A DNA stretch of 49,487 nucleotides, filler included, from Stramenopiles sp. TOSAG23-3 (taxonomy: Eukaryota), in the NCBI GenBank assembly GCA_900128585.1. It is 4 parts of 4 records of this genome, joined end to end, with 100 filler letters (N's around TTAATTAATTAA, not from the genome) between each part and the next. Parts side by side here need not be neighbours in the genome. Positions count along the whole stretch, not along the records: positions 1 to 22,600 come from LT642330.1; positions 22,701 to 45,296 come from LT642331.1; 2 more parts are not named here. One strand, written 5' to 3'. Made by a program: the position numbers and the translations under genes. Within the stretch, counting starts at the first letter, position 1; each line of letters begins with the position of its first letter. Positions 12,361-23,190 of this stretch are shown here, piece after piece. The notes under the pieces were generated by a model. The model did not search any database, was not told the origin of the DNA, and worked only from the letters and a program-made list of their open reading frames with translations.

Positions 12361-12710
12361 TAGCCTTATCGTAAGGCAACAAACACTGTTTGGTAAGCGC
12401 GTGGTAAGCAGTAATTTCTCGGTGCAAATGTGCGGATGTAGATATTTACTTCCAATACAACATCTTCCGAGTATACATTGCTACTGTATTATTATTATTA
12501 ATTAATCTAAGATCGGCGGTCGTCTCTATAAAGAGAACCCAGCGCCAAAACTTTATCAATTTACGAAACAACACTCCCCGATCGGCCTTGTGCTTGACTG
12601 TTCGCCCACGATGGTCCATCAACATCTGCACAATATTTCCACACGCACCTAGGCGAACATATTTTTTTTGATCAACGTGTACCACCAGAAACTAATAGTT
12701 AACACGAAGG

Positions 12711-15461
12711 ATGAAGACACAGTCGCTCTCAAACCTTCCAGCAGCGCATTTGCTTCTCTTTTTGCTTGCTGCGCAGTTAGTCTCAAGTGTTGAATTGCGT
12801 TATTCAAGGTGTAAGAAATACGTGTATGCAGGTCACTCAATATGCTCGGATTACATGCGATCCGCCAATTATACAGAATTTCTAGTGCCACTGAATGTAG
12901 TGACCGAGAAGAAAGACCCCAACAGACAGGCATACACAAATATTGATAGTGACACCCAAAGTAAACTAGAAACAGCCGTTGTGAACGGGATAAAGCTGCT
13001 TGATATTTTCCCATTTTTGCATGAAATTTGTCAAAATGCACTGTTAGGGGCTATCTGTTCTTCGTATTTTCCACCATGCTCACCGAAAACCTGCCCAAAC
13101 AAACAACCTCTGTTAGAGCAGTTTAAATATTGTAGGGACGGCAGTGAACCGTCTTTTGATGGGGAAGATGACAAACCGGGGCATCGTCCAAAACCCGAGT
13201 TAAACAACAGATTTTTTAGCAGTCAGGGTTGTCTGGCAGGTGGAAATTGTGCTCTCATTAATCATTATTGTCCAATAATTAGGTTTTCTAAAGCAGTGAA
13301 TAGTTCAGCTAATCAAAAATCCCTTTTGGACATTTTTAATTTACAAACTACCAAAATTTCTGAGACAGAAAAGATGATTGGGCATCGGGATGTTGACACA
13401 ACTATTATCCCCACTTGTACTTCTGAAATCGAGTGTTACAATCCAAATGCATCTACTGAATCATTAAAAATAGTACGGACTATGTTAAATTCAAGGTTTA
13501 ATGTTCAAACTGAATGGCCTAAGTCAGATATTTGCAACGCTTACGCTGGTCAGATCAAAATATACAATGGGGATGAGTGGAATTCTATCGCACGAAAATT
13601 GTATAAGTACACTGCTTCCTACATCGCCGAGTCAAGCATACCAACATGGTTACCTGAAAATTGTTCCTCGGCAATTAAACAGTTAGTATGCGCATCTATT
13701 TTTGGATCCCATTCGAACAAGTCTGAATCACACACGCCAATTTTTACGCCTTCTCCTGAAACCTGTGAAGATGTATGCATCCAAGTAGAAAGAAGCTGCT
13801 CTTCAATATTTCAGTTGGAGCCTGCGATCTTCGACAAAAAAATTGCAACCTATAGTTTATACACTCTTCCAAACGATATTTCTCCACGACTGCATAACGG
13901 AGGCAAAAAAGTTAACCAGGCAGACTATGAAATTTACGAAAACGCTTTTTATGATAAATGCAAATCAGTTTTGACTGGGCGTTTACCAAGTAAATTTGGA
14001 TACCCCCTTCCAGTCAATTTTGATAAAGAAGCGAGATTGTTGAACAGTTTTTTAGACATTATGCGGGGTGAAAACATTAGTGATATTGGATACTCCAAAA
14101 GACAAAACTGCAGCGCAGCGTTCTTTGAAACTGAATGTCTGACTTGTTCAACAATTTGTCCCAAAGGTTTGTTTCAATCTTTTGCAAAAAATCCCCATGT
14201 TGGCAAAAGAAATATTCCGATCGCTACAAATATGGCTCTATCGAGTGCTTGTGCAATGCCTTGTCCGTTCAACACACGTACAAAGGACGAGCACATTGAG
14301 TCAATAATGATACGTTTTGTATGCGGTACCTTTGGTACTTTGGGGGGTATGCTTCTTGCTTGGTTGTGGGTGGCGGAAAACGGGCGGGGTGGGGAAAGGA
14401 CCTTGAACGCATTGTTTGGAGCCTCCATCTTAATTTCATCAATACTTGTTATTGGTCCAGCTTTTCAACCTTTTCAGTACTTTTGCCAATCAAACATCAA
14501 AGTCACATCCCAAAATGATAAGTTTAATTTTTGTATTCTAGAGGCTGGCGTTCTTATGTTTGGGACGGGGCTTCTGGCTCTCCTGTGGTTTTGTCTTGTA
14601 GTAGAGCGTTTTACCATAGAAATATACCAGCAGCCTCAAGTTTTAATGGTATCACCTTCAAATTTTCAAGAGAAAATATCCCTTTGGAGCAAATGGGTCT
14701 TTTACCGCTTTCTTATGTTTCCAAGACCGGAAAAAGGTGACAAGCGGCGTTTCCCCGTCTATTTAAGTTTCAGCATATGTGCTAGTTCACTTCTGGTACT
14801 ATTTGCTTGGTATTACCAATTGCTAGGATATGATGGTATAAGCTCATGGTGCATGTTTGTGCACGCAAAACATGCAACACCCAAAAACTTTTCTATTTCT
14901 CCAACAACAATTCATTACGCCCCAATGGCAGCAACATATACCTCCGGATTAACCCTTCTTTTATACCGAGTGATCTATCATGTAAAGAAAACGGATGTAT
15001 TTGTAGGATTACAGAAAGGTATTTTGAATAGAACAAGCTTTTTCCTTATAGTCTTTGGGCTACTATGGAATTTTATGATTTATAAGAAACTTACCTCGGA
15101 CATTTGGGAGAGATTACAGAGGCAAGAGAGCTCTGAGCAATGGCACCGATGCCTGTTGCTGTCATCATCTTTCCCTTCGACTCCCTTAAACAAGTCTCGT
15201 GTTGATTGCCCTCCAATACCATCTTTAAGAATAGATCATAATGTGGCAATTGGAACAGAAGCTCTTGTAAGTGGGACAGGGATACTGCTGCTCTTATTTT
15301 GGGGCATAAGTTCCGCCCATTTGCAATTTATAATGAGAGAATTTGGTTTTACTAGATCAGGTTTATTGTGGCACAAAGACCGGGATAGAGAACAGCAGTT
15401 AATCGTGGATGAAATACGAGATGATGATAGATTAAAAACAAAACGGCTAAAATCAGGTTAA
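12711..15461 (+). CDS. Frizzled/Smoothened-like (class F, Fsl-type) 7TM receptor with two cysteine-rich domains
   Basis: Signal peptide. Two Fz-CRD-like blocks (CQNALLGAICSSYFPPC; CSSAIKQLVCASIF...CEDVCIQVERSC). CPKGL...CAMPCP linker, then seven hydrophobic segments with loop cysteines (YFCQ...FC, SWCM, WHRCL...DCP) and TM7 GTGILLLLFWG. Confidence 0.75.
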   Translation: MKTQSLSNLPAAHLLLFLLAAQLVSSVELRYSRCKKYVYAGHSICSDYMRSANYTEFLVPLNVVTEKKDPNRQAYTNIDSDTQSKLETAVVNGIKLLDIFPFLHEICQNALLGAICSSYFPPCSPKTCPNKQPLLEQFKYCRDGSEPSFDGEDDKPGHRPKPELNNRFFSSQGCLAGGNCALINHYCPIIRFSKAVNSSANQKSLLDIFNLQTTKISETEKMIGHRDVDTTIIPTCTSEIECYNPNASTESLKIVRTMLNSRFNVQTEWPKSDICNAYAGQIKIYNGDEWNSIARKLYKYTASYIAESSIPTWLPENCSSAIKQLVCASIFGSHSNKSESHTPIFTPSPETCEDVCIQVERSCSSIFQLEPAIFDKKIATYSLYTLPNDISPRLHNGGKKVNQADYEIYENAFYDKCKSVLTGRLPSKFGYPLPVNFDKEARLLNSFLDIMRGENISDIGYSKRQNCSAAFFETECLTCSTICPKGLFQSFAKNPHVGKRNIPIATNMALSSACAMPCPFNTRTKDEHIESIMIRFVCGTFGTLGGMLLAWLWVAENGRGGERTLNALFGASILISSILVIGPAFQPFQYFCQSNIKVTSQNDKFNFCILEAGVLMFGTGLLALLWFCLVVERFTIEIYQQPQVLMVSPSNFQEKISLWSKWVFYRFLMFPRPEKGDKRRFPVYLSFSICASSLLVLFAWYYQLLGYDGISSWCMFVHAKHATPKNFSISPTTIHYAPMAATYTSGLTLLLYRVIYHVKKTDVFVGLQKGILNRTSFFLIVFGLLWNFMIYKKLTSDIWERLQRQESSEQWHRCLLLSSSFPSTPLNKSRVDCPPIPSLRIDHNVAIGTEALVSGTGILLLLFWGISSAHLQFIMREFGFTRSGLLWHKDRDREQQLIVDEIRDDDRLKTKRLKSG

Positions 15462-16399
15462 ATTAGCTGAAGATCTCATAACATCACAGAAGTACACAGA
15501 AAGAGTTCTACTATTCGTTCCGTTTGCATTCAACATTGATTGCATATTTAAGCGGTGGTTTAGGTTTTGCTTTCGGGAAAAAATTACACGCCTCTTTCTC
15601 TAACATACCAGCCTCTGAATCATTCAATTTAATCAAATCAGATACTAAGACATATAATAAAAAAATGCATAGAGAACATAGTAAAAATAATAAAAAAACT
15701 TATCAGTTTATCTCAGTACCCTTCTGCGTTGTCGTTATTTTGCAATATATGCCGTGGCCTAACGTTAAATGTAAACTGAACTGCACGAAAAACTGCTATT
15801 ATAGTATGTTTTAAGACTCTCATTTTAAATCAATTACTATTTCAGTTCCAACCCTAATCCTATCTTGATGTTTCATTTAATATACATAAATGACTTCAAC
15901 AATAACAAAACGTTCTTCTAGTCCCTCACAGGTGGTGTCGTCCCTCAGTGCATTACGATTGGCTGAAAAATATCAAACCAATTGTGGAAACGGTTTCTAC
16001 AGGTACCTCTGATGAGTCTAAACGAGTGATTCACCTGCCGGAGTTTCCGAAACTTGGACCAAACTTCAGATACGCTGATAATCTATCCACCCCCAACATC
16101 GCAAGAGTCGAGCAGATCCAGGCAACCAAAAAAAATCTAGCCGCTGTTTGAGTTTTGGTAATAAAGGGAAGATTGATGCTCCAAGTGACTCTGATGGGTT
16201 CGGCGAAGAAGTGATCTACTCGCATGAATCTCCAAAGAAGGAAGAAACTTTCAGGGACTTTGATTGGGAGAAGAATCGATTTGTTGAATACATATCACCT
16301 TTACAATAGTAATTGATATAACACGAGAGTCTTAAATCATACTGTATAATTTGTTTTTTTACATAAATGACTTTGCAACATTTCGTACAAAATACAAGT

Positions 16400-16940
16400 G
16401 CCGTGCTCCAAAGAAAATGAGAGAACTTAGCACAGGGCCGGGCGTCTGTTGGACATGTGCAACAAACGAGCTCCGAGACAATTGGAACACTACAAACAGA
16501 AGTGGCGGTAGCAGCGCTAGCAATAGGGGTGAAGGGAACGAGATTGTAGCGGCCCCAACTGAGGGAGCGTCCTTGTCGCCTCGCCCGGTCGGAGACAGCA
16601 CTGACACGTGCTGTTCCAAAGCAAAGGAGAGAAGTAGGCGCACGGAAGGGCCTCTGTTGGACTTGTGGAAATGCCGAGCGAACAGACGTTAGGGACGCTA
16701 CAAACAGAAGTAGAAAGTGCAGATTGATAGCAGGGATTGTTGGTTCGATTCCAACTCTTAGCTAGCGACAATGTTGGTCACGAGCTTGGCGTTCTCGTTC
16801 TTGCCCCCCGGATAGTAGAGTTGCTAATAGCGGCTCCAACATCAGCCCCAACGTCCCCAACGTCAGCCCCACCGCAGCACCAACGGCAGCCCCAACCGCG
16901 TACCCACCGGCAGCGCCGACGGCTTCCGAGGCTTTAATAA
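16400..16940 (+). pseudogene. GC-rich decayed gene fragment: two ~207-bp related units followed by APT/PT repeats
   Basis: ASVGHVQQTSSETIGTLQTEV (from ~16441) and ASVGLVEMPSEQTLGTLQTEV (from ~16648), then APTSAPTSPTSAP... Contains in-frame stops and frameshifts. Confidence 0.5.
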
Positions 16941-17088
16941 ATATAATCCTTCATTTAACAGAACAATAGAGGCAGGAACTGTAAAAAGAGAATATAAGGT
17001 CAAAGCAGCCGCTTGCTGCAAATAAAACAACTTTCAAAAGAAAGAAACACTTCAAAAGAAATTGTTTTGGTAATCATAAAACAAAAAA

Positions 17089-19065
17089 ATGAGGAACTTA
17101 CCGAACGCAAGGGAGGTAGAAAAAACAAAGGCAGTGATTTTTCATAACGCTCTTTCTGCATGTGAACTGTCTGAGCTAAAGAGTACCCGATGGTATCAAA
17201 AAATGGTTTTATTCAACCACCAAAACAAAGAAAAAGAACTCTTGGAAAAATACCCCAAAGTAATATACGCACTTCAAGACTTTTAGATATCGTCGCAGTT
17301 TTCAAATGATCCTCATCAAACACCGCGGCAGTCAACTTAGCATCAGCACTATGTCTCAAAAATTTATCTTCTATAAATTTAGTGAAGTCCACACAGAAAG
17401 TCTGGAATTCAAATGTTTCTTCACCTCTAACAGAGACTTCACCTTCCTTGATGAATATATTCATTGTTATTCTTTGTTTAATGCAAGTGTTTAGCAATGG
17501 CAGTATTTTAGTTTGCCGATGCCCGCAATCACCACAGCCATTATGTGAACAGCTGATTTTTGGCGAAGACCCGTACAAAAAAGTGAAGTATTCATACTTA
17601 TGGAGGAAGCTAAATTTAATTACTTAAATAACAGCCAATTTTCTTGTTTTTACTTATGGATTTTAAGATGAATTTTAGCCAGAAATACAGATATACTAAT
17701 TTCAGTAATATTCAACGATGGCAATAGATATATTATCCGACGATTTGTCACATAGCAACGATTTTGTGGAGAAGGCAACGGAGATTGTGCTGGACAGATG
17801 GGTGTGCTGCACAGTATAAAAATAAGGCACAGTTCTTGAAAATCTATCAGCTGGACATAAAGACTCGCCACCGATTTTTTGCATCATGTCACAGGAAAGG
17901 TCCAAGTGAACCAGAGGGCTCGGCAGTAAAGCGAGCTCTGCGAGTTGCGTTAACAGATAGTAATTTGCCGTTGTACGATTCAGAAAAATCATACAAATAC
18001 TTAAAGGAAAAATGCACATTTCTGAAAAAGAAACATGATACAGTAGACCATAAGAAAAAAACTCACTGCGTGAATCGGCGGGTATTTAAGTTTATTCCAC
18101 TATCTCAGGTTGTACCAACCAAGAAAGACGTGAAATGTTTACAAAGTCAAGTTACGGTTAACCATGATTTAAAAAATACTATGTGTGCTGGTGAACTATG
18201 TGTATGATGATGGGCCAGCTGCTCGTGCACCGGATGCAACGCAAATTGGCATCTTTAAAAAAGACGCCCATGACAAAAGTGAATGTGGAAGGAAAGAAAT
18301 TGTAGGATGCTTCCAAATACACCATTTTACGGACTCGCAAGTTGAAACCGCCTCTGCAGATGAGAGCACTGATGAACCTGCCAGGCGAGTTCGAACAAAA
18401 ATTGAACAGCACGTCGAAAAATGTTTTTATGGTAAGAAACACCGACGACACATAACATGCAAGCAAGGTGCTTTGTGCAGACCCTAATGATCCAGGGGTG
18501 TGGCTCATGAAGTTTACGACAGGGCCAGGCCCTGTTCAGAGCTGTGATATCGTGAACTGACGTTGGCAAGCACTAACAGCAGCAGCAAGGCAACGAGGAA
18601 AACTGGGAAATGAGACAGGAATAGGGCCATTCATTAGAATACCCAAGAGACATATGAACGAGCTGTTAGGGAGAATGGTGCACCAAATGTAGCTGATAAG
18701 CGAGCGTACGTCATAGAGGGATGGTGGTATGAGCACAAATTTGACGATGCCCGCCGCTGTCTTATATACCCACCACAAAATACAGACACAGAGAAAACAC
18801 AACCTTACAAAACATTGATTTGGGGTACAATGGTAAGAACACATACTCGGTGTGGTCGCCAGCCAGTTGAGATGTTTCAATTGGATCCACATAACAAAGA
18901 AATCAGTGAGAATGATCGCCAATTTACAGTGAACGAACGTCAATTTCAAGCAGTTATTAAAACAGTGCATGGACGATGAAGAACTATACAAACGAAACGC
19001 TAGGAAGGCCAAGCAGAGAACAACTAATACAATGGAAAATATTACAATGAATCCTATCAATTAGT
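17089..19065 (+). pseudogene. Decayed DDD transposase, Sola2-like
   Basis: Motifs occur in order across frames: VKYSYLW; KMNFSQKY....NIQ (DFSENY...EIQ-like); ILSDDLSHSNDFV; WTDGCAAQYKN; FFASCHRKGPSEPEGSAVKR (SHGKGxxDGxGxxxKR-like); **WASCSCTGC; later VIEGWWYE. It has many stops, frameshifts and internal deletions. Confidence 0.7.
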
Positions 19066-19119
19066 ATAAGGAATTGCACCGGAGTGTAATTTTATCTGCT
19101 CCTCAGTCTTTCTCTAAAT

Positions 19120-20125
19120 CATTTTGAAGTAAATGTTTCCATTTGATTAGTAAATGTTTTCATTTGATTTGTAAACCACCCAGGCTATTTTTTTTAGAGA
19201 GTATGATAGAAGTCTTTTAAAACAAAATATTGGCTGTTATTTACAAATTAGGTATTTAAAATTTGTCTTCTTCATGTACTGCGAATGTAATTCTTCTGCT
19301 CCTTAGGTCCATTAAAGTTTTGCGTCCTTCATGTACTGCGAATTTATCTCTGCCCCTGTGATTTTCTTAATCATGAAGTCATTAAAAAAAAAACTAATTC
19401 AGTTTAGGAGACATTTTAAAAAACAACAAATTGGCTACTGTTATTAAAGTAATTAAATTTATCTTCTTCATACACCGCGAAAGTGAATCTGCTCCTTTTG
19501 TCCATTAACGATTTACGTTCCTTCATATGCTGCGAATTTGTCTCTGCTCCTGTAAAAAAAAAATATATAGTATGTTTTAAGACTCTCTCATTTTAAATCA
19601 ATTACTAATTCAAATCCAACCCTAATCCTATCTGCTCCTGTAATATTACTAATCAATATACTCTTGTCACTTAGTCTTGATTACCATGCCCTAATGTACT
19701 CCATGCATGATCCGAATCGGTGTTTGGATTTGCGACGATGTCAAATGACCCGAAGTTAACTTCCTCATCCGATGCCTCACTCGTAGATGTCATTTTTAAA
19801 ACAAAAAATTGGCTGTTATTTAGAGTAATTAAAATTTAGCTTCCTCATATACCGCGAAAAAGAATCTACTCAACTTTTATCCATTAAAAGGTTTACATTC
19901 CTTTATGTACTGCAAACTGATCTCTACTGTTGTGATTTTAGTAATCAATATACTTTTGTTACTTAGTCTTGACCATCATTTCCATGTGTGCTCCATGCAT
20001 GATCCGATTTAGTGTGTGGAATTGCGTCGATGTCAGGAGACCCATAATCAACTTCCTCATCCGATATCTCACTCATAGATGAATCATTCCTTGTGTTGGT
20101 TTCCAAGCAGCGGCGTGAATTAAAA
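19120..20125 (-). repeat. Head-to-tail array of 3-4 degenerate units of the dispersed repeat family
   Basis: The module AAATTGGCT..TATT...AATTAAA.TT..CTTC.TCAT.TAC.GCG recurs at ~19230, ~19430 and ~19805. Longer units match 3130-3395 and 4935-5300. Confidence 0.85.
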
Positions 20126-20315
20126 AAAAAATAATGTTTTTACTAATCATATATTTTGGGGTCTATATAAAGAATTTAATACTGTACTAGATTCATTTTT
20201 TGTTTTTAAGTAATTCTGTGAGTGCACGGAGTAATCTCCTAAGTTAAGTGTTAAAATGCTCAATGAGATTAACTTAAATCTTGACATTTAAAAACCCAAG
20301 GGTTTCAGTTATACG

Positions 20316-20508
20316 CTTATGAGCAAGGAGGGAATTGGGTTTTGGAGTGGGTGGACGGGGGGGGGCTCACACACGTCAACATTCTTTTTTCGATCATAAG
20401 TCCCCCACCCCAATCTTTGATTAATTCAGTGAAATCTTTGATTAATTTAGCAGAGTGGGTAGGCCATTTGTCCACCCATTCGTAACTAATTCCTACCTTG
20501 CTTATGAG
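20316..20508. repeat. Imperfect ~40-bp inverted repeat enclosing ~113 bp
   Basis: CTTATGAGCAAGGAGGGAATTGGGTTTTGGAGTGGGTGGAC (20316-20356) vs the reverse complement of 20470-20508, CTCATAAGCAAGGTAGGAATTAGTTACGAATGGGTGGAC. Confidence 0.55.
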
Positions 20509-21900
20509 AAAGTTTTCTTTTCAGCAATGTTCTTGATTGTGGTAAAAACTTCCTTTCCAGTGATCATCGCTTACGGATCTTTATTTTATGCTTATCATAT
20601 TCCTCTGATGTAAACTTAATCCATCTAGTGGTACTATTGGTACATTCGACCATTTCAATGGCTTTATCTTCTCTCCATGAAGTCAACTTCTTCAATCTCA
20701 TGTATCTCCCTCATCTCTGCATCAAAACTTGTGTGATTTACGGAATAGCGGCGTGGTTGCTGTTGTTTTAAAATTGCTCGCTGGCTATTCAATGAATCAT
20801 TCAAGGTTCAGGCCGTTCAACTGTACCATTCGGGTCAGTACTCAAAGACACCGTGTGAGTGTGATAACAGCATGGTGTAGCCTTCTATGCTGTATGTGTA
20901 GTTTCCGTCTCTGTTTTTTCGTTCTGGGCGGCTACAGCTCTTTCTATACATAGTTGTGCTTCCTGTCTCCAGTGAACTTGGTTGCGCTTAGGCCTGGGTC
21001 CAGATGTTGAATCATTGGTGGGGTATATGCTACTCTGTTCCCCCCTCCGTTTCCTCCCCCGTATGAGGCGAATTCCTAAATTGAACCAAAAGCACTTGTC
21101 TGGGAACAATCGTATTCGCATGAATCCCTGCCTTTCCAACCCAGCGCCAGCTCCGGCTAGCCCCCGAGCCTCTGATTTAAGGGTGGATGCGTTTGGCACT
21201 AGTCCGAAGTGCGTATCGGTTCGCAAAATGCATCTGCTTCATCCTCAACCGATGTCATACCTGTCGATTGATAGTATGGGGGTCTCATCCTCCGGCAACA
21301 AAGCCTTCTTCACATCTCCCCCATCGATCTCAGAGTCATTGAAGGCGGGCTTCGTAAATTATGACGCATTCTCCATTCTCGATACTGCCAAGCAATGAGG
21401 GGACGTTGCAAAAGAGCTGTTAGCTAAACAATTTTCTGGACTTCGATAATTCCCACAAAACCACGTAAATGGCAAAATTTGTGTTTAAAATACATTTCTG
21501 TTTGGCATGAACTCGTCGTTTTATGCAGTGCCCTATTTTACAACGCGCTTCGTGCTGCCTAAAATAGTTCAACACCGACTGTATACTTAATAAGAGACTT
21601 TTAAGTTGTATCATATCTTGGGGTTCTTCGGTAGGCTGCGACAAAATATTTCGCATCAATTTCTTTACTTCAGCTATAAGTATACCAACCTTTTGCTTGA
21701 GGCAAACAGAATCTTTCCCCCTATTGCCTAAATTCAATTCATTTCGGAAAATGGCGAGATTGCCCCGGGTTCTAGTAAGCAATGGAGGAATTTGACTAGA
21801 AAAGGCTTTCTGCTGCTCAGTAAACACTTCCCATTCCACAGGTGGGCCAGGAAAGCTGGGTGTAGACATGGGAGAATCGATAGAACTGCACCGAGACGGA
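20500..21900 (-). pseudogene. Disrupted coding-like region, possibly a retroelement gag relic
   Basis: Higher-GC, protein-like text broken by stops and frameshifts. ORF 21869-21420 starts with PSFPGPPVEWEVF, which resembles the PxFxGxxxxWxxF gag motif. No RT or integrase motif was seen. Confidence 0.3.
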
Positions 21901-22600
21901 AATTTATTTTTAGATTACGTTGCGGAGTTGCCCACACTGACGGGGTACTTCCTAGATTTCCATTTTCGTGCCCGGTTCTTTTCCGAGAAATATTATTGTT
22001 GCACTCATGAATAGCAATGTACCTGCATGACGAACGAATGATGATGATGTTATTTTCTCCTCCATCATTCATCATCTTCGTCCTTTATCACAGCAAAAAA
22101 TATTATTACTGTGTCAGATTTGTGTCCAGAGGGTTGTGTGGTGAACTTTTTCTAATTATTAAAATCCTATCAGGGAGTTAGTGTTATTAATACGAAAAAT
22201 ACACCTAATAAGCGATAACAAAAAAAATGACGAAAAAACAATTAATTTGAATCAAAAAAAGTTCTATTTTATTTCCATTATACGCATTTATAATACAGGT
22301 TAATGACATTACAAGTATAAGTCCTACGCGGGAAATTTCCAGACTCCTTTAAATTGGGGAAATTAAGGTCTTTTGATAAATCCTTAAGTAAAATGAAGAA
22401 AAAAGAGAACTTTTTGGGTCTTTTTTTTTTTAATAATTTTTTTATTAGAGTAGAATCATTAAATTAAAGATGATCTTTTGTTTTAAAAAAAAAAAAGGAT
22501 GATTTTTACGTTTCAATGCTTATCTTATATTAATATTTTTTCTCCTTATTACCTGTAAATCGGCCCAGCGGGCCGACGGCATCGTGAAAAAACAGGGCAG

Positions 22601-22700
22601 NNNNNNNNNNNNNNNNNNNNNNNNNNNNNNNNNNNNNNNNNNNNTTAATTAATTAANNNNNNNNNNNNNNNNNNNNNNNNNNNNNNNNNNNNNNNNNNNN
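22601..22700. other. Artificial contig linker
   Basis: 44 N + TTAATTAATTAA (stops in all six frames) + 44 N. Confidence 0.97.
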
Positions 22701-22845
22701 AAGAAAGAAGAAGAAGAAGAAGAAAGAAGAAGAAAGAAGAAGAAGAAAGAAGAAGAAGAAGAAGAAAGAAGAAGAAGAAAGAAGAAGAAAGAAGAAGAAA
22801 GAAGAAGAAATAAGAAGAAATAAGAAGAACGAAAGAAGATCCTCC
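22701..22845. repeat. (AAG/AAAG)n microsatellite at contig start
   Basis: Directly visible. Confidence 0.95.
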
Positions 22846-23190
22846 AATGAAAAAAAAAAGATATTTTTTTATTACTTCGCTAAAATTAACATAAGCACAG
22901 CATCTATTATTTTACAGACACATTCCCACATTCTTCTTCTTCCCCAACAACAATAAAAAATCATTGTTTTATTACACAATTTTGAAAACGATATATATAA
23001 TACCGTTTTTATAATACAGTTATACATGTGATATTTATAAAGAAGAAAAAAAATCCTTTCATGATCAGATCGATACAGAACGTCTGTTTTAAACCAGACT
23101 CCGACGTTTATTCTGCGACACATTTGCTCTTTTTTCTCTCTTTTTTCATTCACCGTATACTGGTTTCTTTCGTCGACTATACCCTTCATT

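Noticed and set aside
19120..20125. Repeat array as a CRISPR-like locus
   Set aside because: Units are long, degenerate and irregular with homologous rather than unique spacers. There are no cas genes and the context is eukaryotic.
18200..21900. Stop-codon reassignment to explain in-frame stops
   Set aside because: Intact genes end in TAA, TAG and TGA and have no internal stops. The broken regions also have frameshifts, so decay is the simpler explanation.
22645..22656. TTAATTAATTAA inside N runs (also 45341 and 47437) as a biological motif
   Set aside because: Identical 44N-12-44N layout three times marks a synthetic six-frame-stop linker.
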